DNA of 64,000 bases, taken from Candidatus Woesearchaeota archaeon (GTDB taxonomy: Archaea; Nanobdellota; Nanobdellia; Woesearchaeales; JABGUJ01). Numbering within the stretch: the first letter of the stretch is position 1; every line of letters starts with the position of its first letter. The position numbers were made by a program, and so were the translations under genes. The stretch lies in contig JABGUJ010000004.1 in the NCBI GenBank assembly GCA_018646625.1, positions 62,001 through 126,000 on the forward strand. The letters are read 5' to 3'. Under the pieces are notes generated by a model. That model ran no database searches. It was not told where the DNA came from and saw nothing but the letters and a program-made list of their open reading frames with translations. Positions 22,137 through 34,200 of this stretch are shown here, one piece after another.

Positions 22137-25100
22137 ATTACAAGAAAAATATTGACCGCGATTTTACTTTTAGTTATTATGTCTTATGGAGTTTATGCAG
22201 CAGCATGTACAATTCAAGGAGAAATTAAAGATTCTTCCGGAACTGAAGTTGCACTTGGAACTGCGGTTAATTGTTCTCTTTTTAGAAATAACGGTAATAA
22301 TGAAAATTATACTACTACGACGGGAGCGGGGTTTCCTCCAGTTCTTGCATACTATCACCAATATAAGTGTTCTATGAATTGTGATGTGATTGGCAGCGAT
22401 ACTGTTACTGTTGCAGGATACAACTCTACTCACGTTGGTGAAAATTCTACAACCATGTCAGCATCTTCTACTTCTATGAATGTGACTGTTGACGATCGTC
22501 CCGTGCCGGACACCGCACCAACGTCAACACCATCATTACCTACAGATGCACAAAATTACAATACATATACTCAACCTTACAATGTGACATTTGAATGTAA
22601 CGCAACTGATACGCATCAATTGGCAAGCATTAAATTATATTTAACAGATGAAACAAATTCTAGTTTTGCACTAAATCAAACATATTCTGCCTCGGGCACA
22701 TCTAATTCAACTACCTGGACTATAGAATTACTTGGTGGGGATTATACTTGGAACTGTCTTGCAACAGACAATGCATCACAAACAGATTGGGGAACAAACA
22801 GAACACTATCTGTTAACTACACCGCTCCAACTTACAATGTTAATGTTACAAAAACGCTTTTATCTGCAGATCCTCACGCAGTTGGAGATATCGTACAATT
22901 TAGAATAGATGTTGAAAATAATGGTTCATTTAACATAACTGACTTATATGTTTTAGATATGTTTAGTGCATCTGAATTGGCGTACAATGCAACTAATTAT
23001 TCTAATGGACTCACAATAATTTCAGGTGAAGTTGAGTGGGATTTAGAACTAAATGTTGGCGAAACTTTGAGCATATTAATCAACTTCACAGCATTAGATG
23101 AAGTAAACACGACTAACGTTGCGTCAGTAATAAATGATAGCGACTATGACTTTGGAAATGCTACCGCTGTTGCGGAGCTAGAACTTCCTGTTTATGAAGC
23201 AAATGTCACAAAGACGCTAGAATCTTCAGGCCCTCATTTGGTTGGGACAACTGCACAGTTCTTGATTAATGCAACGAACATAGGAGATTACGCAATCTCT
23301 GGATTTACTTTGTATGACGATTATGACCATACTTATTTAGACTACACTGCAGCAAACGACACTTCTGGAATAACAGTAACACAAGCATCTGGAGAGATAG
23401 AGTGGACTCTTAGTTTAGCAGTAAACGAGTCTAGATTGATTTTAGTTAACTTTACTACACTACAAGTAGGAACCACTTTCAACGAGATACATGTAGAAAA
23501 CTCGAGTGAAGATGAATTTGCTTACGACAATGTAAGTGTCAATATCCCTGCAAACGTAGATCCGACAAACAACGTCAGTACGATTGGATATCTAAATGTT
23601 TTAGAAGATAGCTTCAATAATTCGATTAACTTAAGCTTATACACTAGCGATACGGAAGATGCAATTGCAGATTTAAACTGGAGTTGTTCATCTAATGAAT
23701 CTTATGTAACTGCTTCTGCAAGCAACACAACAAAATTCCTTAATGTTAGTGCATCGAGTAACTTTTATGGTTATGCGAATATTACTTGTATAGTATATGA
23801 TACTAACTCTGGAAGCGCTACAGATAGCTTCTTAGCTAATGTATCTAACGTAAACGATCAACCATTCATACCTGATATTTCTAACAATGATACTGCAATA
23901 ACTAGAGGACAACAAGTCCAAGCGAGATGTTATGCTGAAGATGTCGATAACGACAATTCTGGACTAATTGTTAACATATCTTATAGACTTGAGACGGGTA
24001 GTTGGGTATACGTGCCTGGAGCTACATATTCTTCAGGAGATGACTGGTGGTATGTTAACATAACTGCGGGTACATCTGATGCTTGGATATCAACAGTAGA
24101 TATTGCTTGTAATGTTAGTGATGGATCGTTAGTCAATTGGTTCTCTGAGCTGGATAATATAACTGTGACTAATAATGCGCCAGTGTTAGATAGTTTATCT
24201 GGATTAAGTCCATATAGCATGGATGAAGATTCAACAAATGCATCCACTAACTTGTCTGCTTATGCAGTAGATGTGGAAGACGCAGATGCGGCTTTAAACT
24301 ATACCTGTACTGATAATGAAACAGACTTTACTGTCTCCGTTGATAATTCCTCTAAACTAATTAATTTAACAGCATCTAACAACTTTTATGGTTCTGTTCT
24401 AGTTAACTGTACGCTTTACGATACAGATGGTGCGACAGACATACAAACATTCACCGTTGCTGTTTCAAACGTAAACGATGCACCAACGGTTGATCTGAGC
24501 AGCTTAGATAATTTTGCTTTAGCCGAAGATACTACGAATAGCTCAATTGATGTGAGCGCAACAGTAACTGATATTGATACTTCGTCCTTTACTTGGACTT
24601 GTACTAGCAACAACACAGGAAATCTTTCTGTATCTGTAGCATCCACTACAATGACCATCTCAGCCTCAAACAACTTTACAGGATATATTAATGTAAGTTG
24701 TAACGTTTCAGATGGCGAATACATTGCAAATGATACATTTATAGTTAATGTGACTGCAGTAAATGATGCTCCGGTAATATCTAGTGTTGCGATTTCACCT
24801 GCAACTGCGTATACTAACTCAACTTTAAACTGTACTGGAACTTACTCTGACGTTGAACTAGACGCTGAATCTGGAAGTACATTTAAGTGGTTTAAAGGCG
24901 GAACTCAGATATCTGGTCAAACAACTCAAACTCTTGCAAGTACGTTCTTCAATAAAACACACACTATGATTTGTGAGTATACCCCTAACGATGGAACTAC
25001 TGCGGGAGATGCTGTGAATTCCTCTGGTGTTGTAATATCTAACTTGGCGCCTTACATTAATCATACAGTAACTAACCATGAAACAAACGAGAATGAAAGT

Positions 25101-28028
25101 TTCTCATATGATTTCAATTGTACTGATGTTGATGAGGATAGCATAACGTACGCTCTAAATGACACATCTGTCTTCACAATCAATTCTTCAACTGGTGTTG
25201 TATCTGGAACTCCCACCTTCAACCAGGAAGGAGAATACTACTATAACATAACTTGTACCGATGGGGCTGCAACAGCATCCACACTATGGAACGTTAATGT
25301 AACTGACGTGCCTATACTATCTTTCTCAGTTAGCAAAACATTAGTAACATCCGCTGTGGCTTTACCTGAGGCAATAGTGTCTTTCAACATAACAATAAGT
25401 CACGTACAAGATGGAAATTTAACTAATGTAACTGTAAATGATACTTACGATACAGGATACTTGAGCTATAATGCCTCTTCAATAATACCCGCTAGTGCGG
25501 TTGATGATGGTAATATAGAATTTGGAGATATTACTTCTCAGCTAGGGAATGTTACAGAAAATGGGGAAATATCATTCATTGTGAACTTCACAGCTTTAAG
25601 TAATTTGACTACTCAAACAAACAACACAGCCAGTGTTTATGTGTTATCTACAACGGGATTAAACGCAACAACTAGCGACATTGCTTCTGTTGGAATTCAA
25701 AATGCATCCATTAGTGTAACTAAATCTGCTTCGCCTTCTTCAGGTGCTGTTGGAGACGGAACACAATTTACAATTAACGTAACTAGCGTTGGCGCATTAA
25801 ATCTAACTAATGTTACATTAACTGATTACTTACCAGATGGACTAACTTACGTAACATCAAATACAACACCAGATAGTTCTGCTGGAGGTGTAATTGTTTG
25901 GACTTTAGGTAACTTCACATCAGGACAAACACAACTAATCACAGTAAACGCTACAATAGATGCTGATGCAAGATCTGTTTGCGCAGGATTTAGTTGTACT
26001 AACACAGCAAATGTAACTTCATTAATGGAAGGAACATCTACTGAGATTCCTGATACTGGAACTGCTGCTGTTGCAATAACTAACACAGCACCTTCTGTTT
26101 TGAGTGTTGCAATTTCACCAACAACTGCTTACACTAATACAACTCTAAATTGTACTGGAACATTCAACGATACAGACACTGGCGACTCAGAATCTGGAAG
26201 CAGTTGGAGATGGTATAATCAAACAGGACTAATCACTGGGGTAACCAGTCAAACAATTGCAGGAAACAACTTTTCAAAAGGTGACACAATAATTTGTGAA
26301 TATACTCCAAGCGATAGTTATGATAATGGAACTGCAGCCAACTCAAGTGGAATTACAATATCTAACTTAGCTCCGACTCTTGATCATGACTTATCTGCTC
26401 TTACTGTAAATCAAAATGAAACGACAACTTATGATATAAACTGTTCAGATCTTGATGAGGATGACAGCGTTGACACTTTAACTTATTCGCTAGATGATAC
26501 AACTTACTTTAACATAAATGCATCTACAGGGTTGGTCAACTGGACAACGAATTTATCTCACAGAGGATTATATCAGTTTGTGGTAACTTGTAGTGATGGA
26601 ACTGCGAGTGCGACAGACACACTAAATATTACAGTAACTGATGTATTTGCTCCAACGGTAACAATTACGTCACCAAGTGGATCTTACACGGATAGTTATA
26701 ATATGGATTTGAATGTTACAACATCTGAGATCACAACTTGTAATTATTCCATTGATGGTGCGAGCTTCACAGCATTTGGTACTAATGCAACATCACATTA
26801 TACAACATTTAGTGTAGTAACAAACGGCGCACACAACGTAACTGTGAACTGTACAGATCAGGCAGGGTTAACTGCGCAAGAGAATGTATCCTTTACAATA
26901 AATGATACGACTGCACCAAATGTGACTGCGACGGGACCATCTGGAACAAAGTCATCTAGATCTCAAACACTGACTGTAACAACGGATGAGACTGCGTTAT
27001 GTAGATATTCTACGACAGATTTGGCATACGCCAATATGACGAATAATTTTACAACTACTAATTCAACAACACACACACAAAGTCTGACTAGTTTGTCAAA
27101 CGGTGCTAAAACATACTACGTACGGTGTGCTGACTTGCTAAACAACACAATGAACGCTTCTGAGACTATTACTTTTACTATCTCTGTAACTACAACAACT
27201 ACCACAACGGGTGGTGGTGGCGGTGGCAGCAGCAGCCGAGTTATTGTTGGCTACGGTGAGGATGGTGCTGACGTAGGAGGATTCGCAGTTAGCTTTGAAG
27301 ATGATGTTGGGGAGATAGCTAAAGGGAGAAAAGGCGAAATATACACATTCCAATATGGTTCAAAATCATATGAGTTGAGCATTGACAGCGTATACCTTGA
27401 TTCTGTTAAGGTGACTATCGCAGGTGTGCAGTCACAAATATACAAAGACGCACCAATAGACTTTGATGTTAATGGAGATGGCGAGAATGACTTTACTGTC
27501 TTGTTAAAGAATATAGTGATGAACTATGCTCAGATCAAGATGTTTAAGTTACAAGCAGCACCTCCTGAAGAACCAACAGTAGATGCGGAACCAACAACTG
27601 AAGACGTAACAACCACTCCTTCAGATGGTGCGACAACACAACAGGAAGAGAAAACTCCTGAAGAAATCATTGCTGAAGCTGAAGAAGAGGGTGGAAACGC
27701 AATACTCTGGGTATTCGCGGCAATAGTGTTACTAGTTGTTGCTGGTGTGTTAATCTACTTAGGGTTTGGAAAAGGAGGATTAGGGGGAAGCTCATCAAAA
27801 CCTCCGACTCAACCTTCAAAACCAGGCCAACCTGACATGTTACAACAAATGAAAAGTGAGTTTAACAGGGATGCCGCGGTTGTTCAACAAACTGTAGCAA
27901 AAGAAACAGATACTGCTTGGCACGCTTTCAAAGACGTTGTTATACGTCCAATCAAAGGCATGTTCAAGAAAGCAACGACACCAAAAAACAACTTCAAAGC
28001 TAGAATGAAACCTGGCAATTTTCCTTAA
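22137..28028 (+). CDS. Large membrane-anchored surface protein (~1960 aa): signal peptide, DUF11-like and cadherin/Ig-like repeats, Thr/Gly linker, C-terminal TM helix and cytoplasmic tail
   Basis: Hydrophobic N-terminus; VTKTL.. (DUF11-like) and NVNDAP/EDS (cadherin-like) repeats; TTTTTTTGGGGGGSSS linker; TM ILWVFAAIVLLVVAGVLIYLGF followed by a Pro/Lys-rich tail. Start is either ATT 22137 (6 nt after GAGGTGA) or TTG 22152. Confidence 0.88.
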   Translation: MTRKILTAILLLVIMSYGVYAAACTIQGEIKDSSGTEVALGTAVNCSLFRNNGNNENYTTTTGAGFPPVLAYYHQYKCSMNCDVIGSDTVTVAGYNSTHVGENSTTMSASSTSMNVTVDDRPVPDTAPTSTPSLPTDAQNYNTYTQPYNVTFECNATDTHQLASIKLYLTDETNSSFALNQTYSASGTSNSTTWTIELLGGDYTWNCLATDNASQTDWGTNRTLSVNYTAPTYNVNVTKTLLSADPHAVGDIVQFRIDVENNGSFNITDLYVLDMFSASELAYNATNYSNGLTIISGEVEWDLELNVGETLSILINFTALDEVNTTNVASVINDSDYDFGNATAVAELELPVYEANVTKTLESSGPHLVGTTAQFLINATNIGDYAISGFTLYDDYDHTYLDYTAANDTSGITVTQASGEIEWTLSLAVNESRLILVNFTTLQVGTTFNEIHVENSSEDEFAYDNVSVNIPANVDPTNNVSTIGYLNVLEDSFNNSINLSLYTSDTEDAIADLNWSCSSNESYVTASASNTTKFLNVSASSNFYGYANITCIVYDTNSGSATDSFLANVSNVNDQPFIPDISNNDTAITRGQQVQARCYAEDVDNDNSGLIVNISYRLETGSWVYVPGATYSSGDDWWYVNITAGTSDAWISTVDIACNVSDGSLVNWFSELDNITVTNNAPVLDSLSGLSPYSMDEDSTNASTNLSAYAVDVEDADAALNYTCTDNETDFTVSVDNSSKLINLTASNNFYGSVLVNCTLYDTDGATDIQTFTVAVSNVNDAPTVDLSSLDNFALAEDTTNSSIDVSATVTDIDTSSFTWTCTSNNTGNLSVSVASTTMTISASNNFTGYINVSCNVSDGEYIANDTFIVNVTAVNDAPVISSVAISPATAYTNSTLNCTGTYSDVELDAESGSTFKWFKGGTQISGQTTQTLASTFFNKTHTMICEYTPNDGTTAGDAVNSSGVVISNLAPYINHTVTNHETNENESFSYDFNCTDVDEDSITYALNDTSVFTINSSTGVVSGTPTFNQEGEYYYNITCTDGAATASTLWNVNVTDVPILSFSVSKTLVTSAVALPEAIVSFNITISHVQDGNLTNVTVNDTYDTGYLSYNASSIIPASAVDDGNIEFGDITSQLGNVTENGEISFIVNFTALSNLTTQTNNTASVYVLSTTGLNATTSDIASVGIQNASISVTKSASPSSGAVGDGTQFTINVTSVGALNLTNVTLTDYLPDGLTYVTSNTTPDSSAGGVIVWTLGNFTSGQTQLITVNATIDADARSVCAGFSCTNTANVTSLMEGTSTEIPDTGTAAVAITNTAPSVLSVAISPTTAYTNTTLNCTGTFNDTDTGDSESGSSWRWYNQTGLITGVTSQTIAGNNFSKGDTIICEYTPSDSYDNGTAANSSGITISNLAPTLDHDLSALTVNQNETTTYDINCSDLDEDDSVDTLTYSLDDTTYFNINASTGLVNWTTNLSHRGLYQFVVTCSDGTASATDTLNITVTDVFAPTVTITSPSGSYTDSYNMDLNVTTSEITTCNYSIDGASFTAFGTNATSHYTTFSVVTNGAHNVTVNCTDQAGLTAQENVSFTINDTTAPNVTATGPSGTKSSRSQTLTVTTDETALCRYSTTDLAYANMTNNFTTTNSTTHTQSLTSLSNGAKTYYVRCADLLNNTMNASETITFTISVTTTTTTTGGGGGGSSSRVIVGYGEDGADVGGFAVSFEDDVGEIAKGRKGEIYTFQYGSKSYELSIDSVYLDSVKVTIAGVQSQIYKDAPIDFDVNGDGENDFTVLLKNIVMNYAQIKMFKLQAAPPEEPTVDAEPTTEDVTTTPSDGATTQQEEKTPEEIIAEAEEEGGNAILWVFAAIVLLVVAGVLIYLGFGKGGLGGSSSKPPTQPSKPGQPDMLQQMKSEFNRDAAVVQQTVAKETDTAWHAFKDVVIRPIKGMFKKATTPKNNFKARMKPGNFP

Positions 28029-28047
28029 TTCTTTTTTTCTTTATATA

Positions 28048-28061
28048 AGAAAGCTTTATAA
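28048..28061 (+). promoter_or_regulatory. Putative BRE/TATA promoter for the 3989-aa gene, implying a ~145-nt 5' leader
   Basis: agaaagCTTTATAA downstream of the T-tract (ctttttttct) that follows the preceding stop codon. Confidence 0.45.
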
Positions 28062-28229
28062 GCTGTAGCTCTCTTAAATTACTATAATTAAAGGGGTGGC
28101 CTTCTGTGAAGACTATTCCACAAAAGAGGTAGATTGATTGTACACTAATTCAAGTGGAGTATCTTCTCTACCAAGAGGGGTATTTTTATTAGATTCTTCT
28201 AGATTTATCTTTTTTCGAGGTGATGATTT

Positions 28230-31200
28230 GTGAACACCTCTAGACTGTTTCTAGCGATCTTTGTAGTCTACTTTCTTCTAATTCAACCTTTGGCTGCAAC
28301 TTCGCAAATTAATCCCTCATACTCTTTTAATTTGCCTGTAGATGATACTACGTTAGATGATTGTCTTACTAATGATGACTGCGATGAAAGTTATCACTGT
28401 TCTAATGAAAGTCTTTGTGCAGAATGTAGTCTTTGGGAGGATGATGACATCTGTTGTAATGGTGAACGAGGCGGTGATTGTGGATTGGAAGAAGAAACAA
28501 ATTGCCAAGATGGAACTGATAATGACGATGATTACTTTGTTGACTGTGAAGATGCTGATTGTATATTGAATGAGGAATGTCGTTGTAGTGCTAGAGATGA
28601 TTGTTGGGATAATACTTACTGCTTTGACGGTTTATGTATTCCTTGTGATAAGAATGAAGATGATTGGGTTTGTTGCCAAGGGGAAGATCTAAAGAGCGCA
28701 GATTGCCAATCCGAAGATAATGTTGAGAGAATCTGTGATGATTTAAGAGATAATGATTTTGACGGCAACAAAGACTGCGAAGATTCTGATTGCAAAGATA
28801 ATTGGCAATGCTTTTCATATAGCACAAACGAAATTTATACAATATCCTCTTCAGAGCCTGCCAGTAGTTTTTTTGATGACTTTAATTTGGGAATAAATTC
28901 TTCTTTTTACATAATCTCGAATGGAACTGATCTAACTATTAATTCTTATAACGGAATGGTGTTGGTAAACGGTAGCTTTGATCACGAGCTTGAATTATAT
29001 CCTTATGTTGATATTAAAACAATAAGCAACATCTCTGACGGAGATTTTCTTGCTACAGTTGATATTAACATAACTGACACAGGTGGTTCATTAGTTAGTG
29101 CGGAATTATATGGAGGTTTTGTATTGTCAAACACTTCAGGTCAATATGTCACATGTGAAATAGATTTAAACACCACTCACTATCGTCTACTTATATACAA
29201 CGATTCTTATGGTGAGGCTGCAGATAAAGCTTTGTTAACAAACGGCACCGGCTTGCTCAGTATGGGATATAACAGTGAAACAAACAACATTACTTGCGAG
29301 TTTGGAGGTGAGTCTATATCTGCATACTATCCATATATTGCAAATGAAGATCACGGTCTAGTTATAACTGGAGGGTTATCGGCAATTGGTACACCTGATA
29401 ACATTGGTGGAGATGTAAACATAACTTTTGATAATCTTAATTACACTCTTATTCCACTAGAATGTGGTGCGAATCTAGCCAGTTCAACAACTCTAGATTC
29501 TGATCTTTTAGGGTGTGGTAGTTACGCAATAAATATTTCATCAGATAACGTTACCTTGGATTGTAACGGCTACACAATACAGGGAGATGGTTCCTACGGA
29601 ATATATGTTGATGCAAATAACTTCACACTACAAAATTGTAATATATCCTTTAACGGAACGAGCAGCAACTATGCTATATATTATACATACGACAACAAGA
29701 GCAACAGTAACTTATTCAACAACACAATTTACGCGGGAAATAATACTGCGATATGGGTGCATAACAGGCTTTTCAATCTTACAATTACGGATAATCACAT
29801 CGAAGCTGCGGACTTCAACGTGCTTATGATTAGCAGCACATCAAGCGGTGTTGTACTGACAAATAATACAATTCTAGGACAAGGTTGGATAGTGAGCTTT
29901 GGTGCTTCTAATGGTGTAGTTACCAACAACGTGATGAATGCCTCCAATGGATGGTATGCCTTTTCGTTAATTGGGGACAATAATACTGTTGCCAACAATA
30001 ACATCTCAGCTACTGGTCAAAAAACATTCTATTTAGAAGGGAGCAACAATACTGTTTACGATAACAGAGTGCAAGCTAACGGGCCAGCACTATTCTCTCA
30101 ATCCGCCGACCCAGATCAAAATACTTTCCTTAACAACAGATTTGCTACATCACTAAATATAGGGTACTTAGTTTCATTGTATAGTTTCTCTCATTCTAAT
30201 GTTCTAGTTTACAACAATTCATTTGGAGAGATACGATGGTCTGGAGAAGGTCTCTCTTTAGATACAAGTGATGCAGCCACGCTTGACCACGGAGAAGGAT
30301 TAAATATTTCTCAAAACTTTATTAGCTTTGATTCTGATACATTCACTGAAGTATATGATCAAATAGCTACAATATCTTTTTACAACTTAAGCTACAATGA
30401 AACACCAGTTTTACTTAAAGATGGGGCAAGGTGTGATCATACGGACTCTTGCAACATAAGCTATAACAATGTTACAGGGATACTTTACGCCAACGTAAGC
30501 GAGTTCAGCAACTACACGACAACAGCAGATGTGCCTTGTGGAATTATAAACTCTAACTTCAATTTGAGCTATGATCTCACCTCAAGTGAAACTTGTTTCA
30601 CAATAAACTCATCCAACGTAGTGCTAGACTGCGCAGGATACACAATCACTGGTAACGGCTCAGGCTACGGGGTTAACATCACTAATGTAGATAACGTTAC
30701 CATTGAAAATTGTATTGTTAACAACTTTAGTCGTGGAATTAGCAAAGATGGTTATGATCTTAATACCTATTACACTTTTCAGAACAACACAATAAACACA
30801 TATGGTGAGTCTGGATATGGGCTTTATTTAATAGTTTCACAGAATTCTACAATCTTCAATAACACAATAACTACTAGTGGATATCAAGGAAGTGCACTGT
30901 ATTTCAATCCTGGAATTAATTACAGTAACGTAAGTCAGAACACATTAACAACTTACGCTAATTGGAGTTACGGAATATTCCCTGCACTCTCTTACAACAA
31001 CGTCATAGATAGCAACACCATAGTTACCTATGGGAACACCTCTGATGGAATGGATGCTCCTAGCTCATATGGTAACACAATTAGCAACAACAACATAACA
31101 ATCTACGGAGAAGCAGGAGGTATAGATATAGTATACAATTCTTCCCACAACACCATTAGCAACAACGTTATAACACATTCTGGAGATGATAGTGCTGCTC

Positions 31201-34200
31201 TGGAATTGTGTGAATACGCGACTAACAACACGCTCTCGAACAACATAGTTCAAATAACAGGCACCGATAGCGCGGGAATAGATATTTGTGATTATGCTTA
31301 CAACAATACAATAATAAACGGAATATTAAATGCAACACTCTTTTCAGATGTAATATTAGAAAATGGTGGGAACAACAACGTGTTCCTCAACGTATCATTC
31401 AACAAGAGCGATGTTGGTTTTGAAGGTACTTCAGGATCAATAATTGTAAGGTGGTATGTACAGGTGAATGTAACCGACGAACTAAGTTCTCCCATCTCAT
31501 CTGTAAACGTCTCAGGATACAATGTCACTAGTCAGGTTGAAGATTCCGCTTTAACGGATGCAAACGGGCAAGCCACTTTAACTCTCACAGAATTCACTCA
31601 AAACTCCTCCCACACAACATACGCGACGCCACATAGCGTGATCGCTTCACTTCAAGGATATGCTGACGATTCGTCTTCAGTAAATCTCACTCAAACAGAG
31701 TCAACTACTGTTCAACTAACTTTAACCAACGACTGTGCGGTCTTGAACGGAGATTACACTTTAGTAAGAGACATAACAACTTCAGGAACCTGCTTCCACA
31801 TAAACGCTTCTGACATAACTATTGATGGTGCTGGCTATTCGCTAACAGGAGACGGCACTGGCTATGGGATAAACAACTCTGGACAGTTTGACAATCTAAT
31901 AATCAGAAACTTTGGAAACATTTCAAACTTCAAGTTTCCGATTTACACATATTTCATGACTGACTCAGTCATTTATAACAATACCATTGACATACCAGCC
32001 ATAGGTGGAGGTTCAGGAGTATACTTAAAATATTCAGACAACAACAATATCTCTCTGAACAATATAACAACCCAAAGTTCTAGCACAGGGATAGAAGGTC
32101 CTGGAGCAGATAACAACGACATCTTTTATAATACAATCTCAACAACTGGGGGCACAGGTTATGGAATTCAATTCTACACAAGCTCTAGCTCAAATACATT
32201 ATTTGGCAATACAATCTCATCATCGGGAGTGGGCACGGACGCGGTAAGAATATCTGGAGGAAGTAGCTATAACATCTCAAACAACACTCTATTCTCTCTT
32301 AACTCTACAAGCATGGGACTCTACTTAAGCGCTAGCCATTCATTTGTCATCTCAAACACCATTAACACCACAGGCAACTCTGCGGATGGAATCAATTTAG
32401 TCGGAGTAACAAATATGACTCTTACCTCAAATACAATCTACACAACAGGTGAAGGCAGTGGAGGGTATGGTATAGATTTAGCAACAGTATCTGATTCTCA
32501 CATCGCCGAAAACAATATTACAACAACAGGGGACAACTTTGGTGCAATAACCTTCTCTAATTCAAATAGCAACGTCGTTGAATTAAATACTGCCACCACA
32601 TACGGATCTGAAAGCGACTCCTTATTATTAGTAAACGCAGATCATAACATTGTTTCAGAAAATATTATTACGACATACGGTTATGATGCAAATGGCGTCT
32701 ATATATCATCAGGATCTACAAATTGCACTTTGATTTCGAATACTATAAACACCCAAAGTCAATATGGGCGAGGCATTCAGATGGCTTCAACTCCAGATTA
32801 TCCTTCTATGACGTTTTTCAACAACAACATCACTACTGAAGGATATCTCGCAGAAGGAATGTGGCTATATTATGCTCATTACGCTAATGTGACATCAAAC
32901 AGAATAACAACTAATGGGAATTCTAGTATTGTGTTAAGATATAGTTTATCTAATCACACCTCAAGCCAAAATAACATATTAATATCCAATGGAAACTCAA
33001 GTCATTGCTTGACGCATTCAACCTCTTTTAATTCTACTGCGAGTAACAACATAATAAACACAACAGGAAATTCTAGTCACGGAACTTGGAGTTCAAACAT
33101 AGAGAGCACTAACATATCGTACAACAACATAACGACAGAATCGGCACTAGCCAGAGGCATAATGCACGATAACTCTAACGACAACTGGTTTACAAACAAC
33201 ATAATAGTTACGAATGGAGATGATGCAATAGGTATTACTAATTCAAATTGTGAACGAGACACGATATCTTACAATACAGTTACGACTCAAGGAAACGACG
33301 CCGATGGTATTTATTTTGTGGGATCTCCAAACACAACTGCCAACAACAATAATATATCTATTACTGGAGAATCGGGTAACGCTATGTTGATTGTAACTTC
33401 ACAAAGAGCAAACCTTTCCAATAATACTGCGAGTGTTGAAAGAGACTCTGTGTTTGATGTGTACTTGATAACTTCAAACAATTCTCAAGTTATTGGGAAT
33501 TACTTTATATCGGATGGTAATAATAGTCACCCAATTGTACTTGAGCGAACGCATCACAGTCTTATTAGCGATAATGAAATAATAACGTATAACCTTTCTT
33601 CAGGTATTTACTTGGCGAATCTTTCATCTCTCAACAACATAACATCTAATAATATTACCACGTACGGAGATCAAGGACACGGGATATATAGCAATTATAA
33701 CGCTTCTCAGAATAGAATAGAAAATAATTATGTTGATGTAAGTGGAAACGCCACAACAGGCATTACATTGCTTGGTTTTTCTAATAATTATACAATCGCC
33801 AACAACACTTTAAGCTATTCGGGTAATGAAGTATTTCAAGGCATTTACATTAACGCATCAGATAATAATATTATTTTGTCTAATCTCGCGGATTATCAAC
33901 CCGGGACAGGCAAATGGGCATTTTATATTTATGATGTCGAAAATACATTAGTGAATGGACTAGTTATGCCGGAAAGTGTGAACATAACAACCAACTATCT
34001 AAAAAGGGTGGCTGTAGACATTGAGTCCTCTCCTGAGTCGCATTCAAGTGAGCTACGAAACCTTTCCACCTTCTTACAAATTCTCGGTGTAACAGACGAA
34101 GCATACATAGATTTCAATTTGAGTTATGATGGGGTTGATATTACAAGCATTGATGAATCCTCACTTAGAATTTATTGGTATAATGGTACTGATTGGGCGG

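Noticed and set aside
27187..27236. Low-complexity ACN/GGT run as a contingency (phase-variation) repeat
   Set aside because: It is an in-frame Thr/Gly/Ser linker with mixed codons, typical of archaeal surface proteins.
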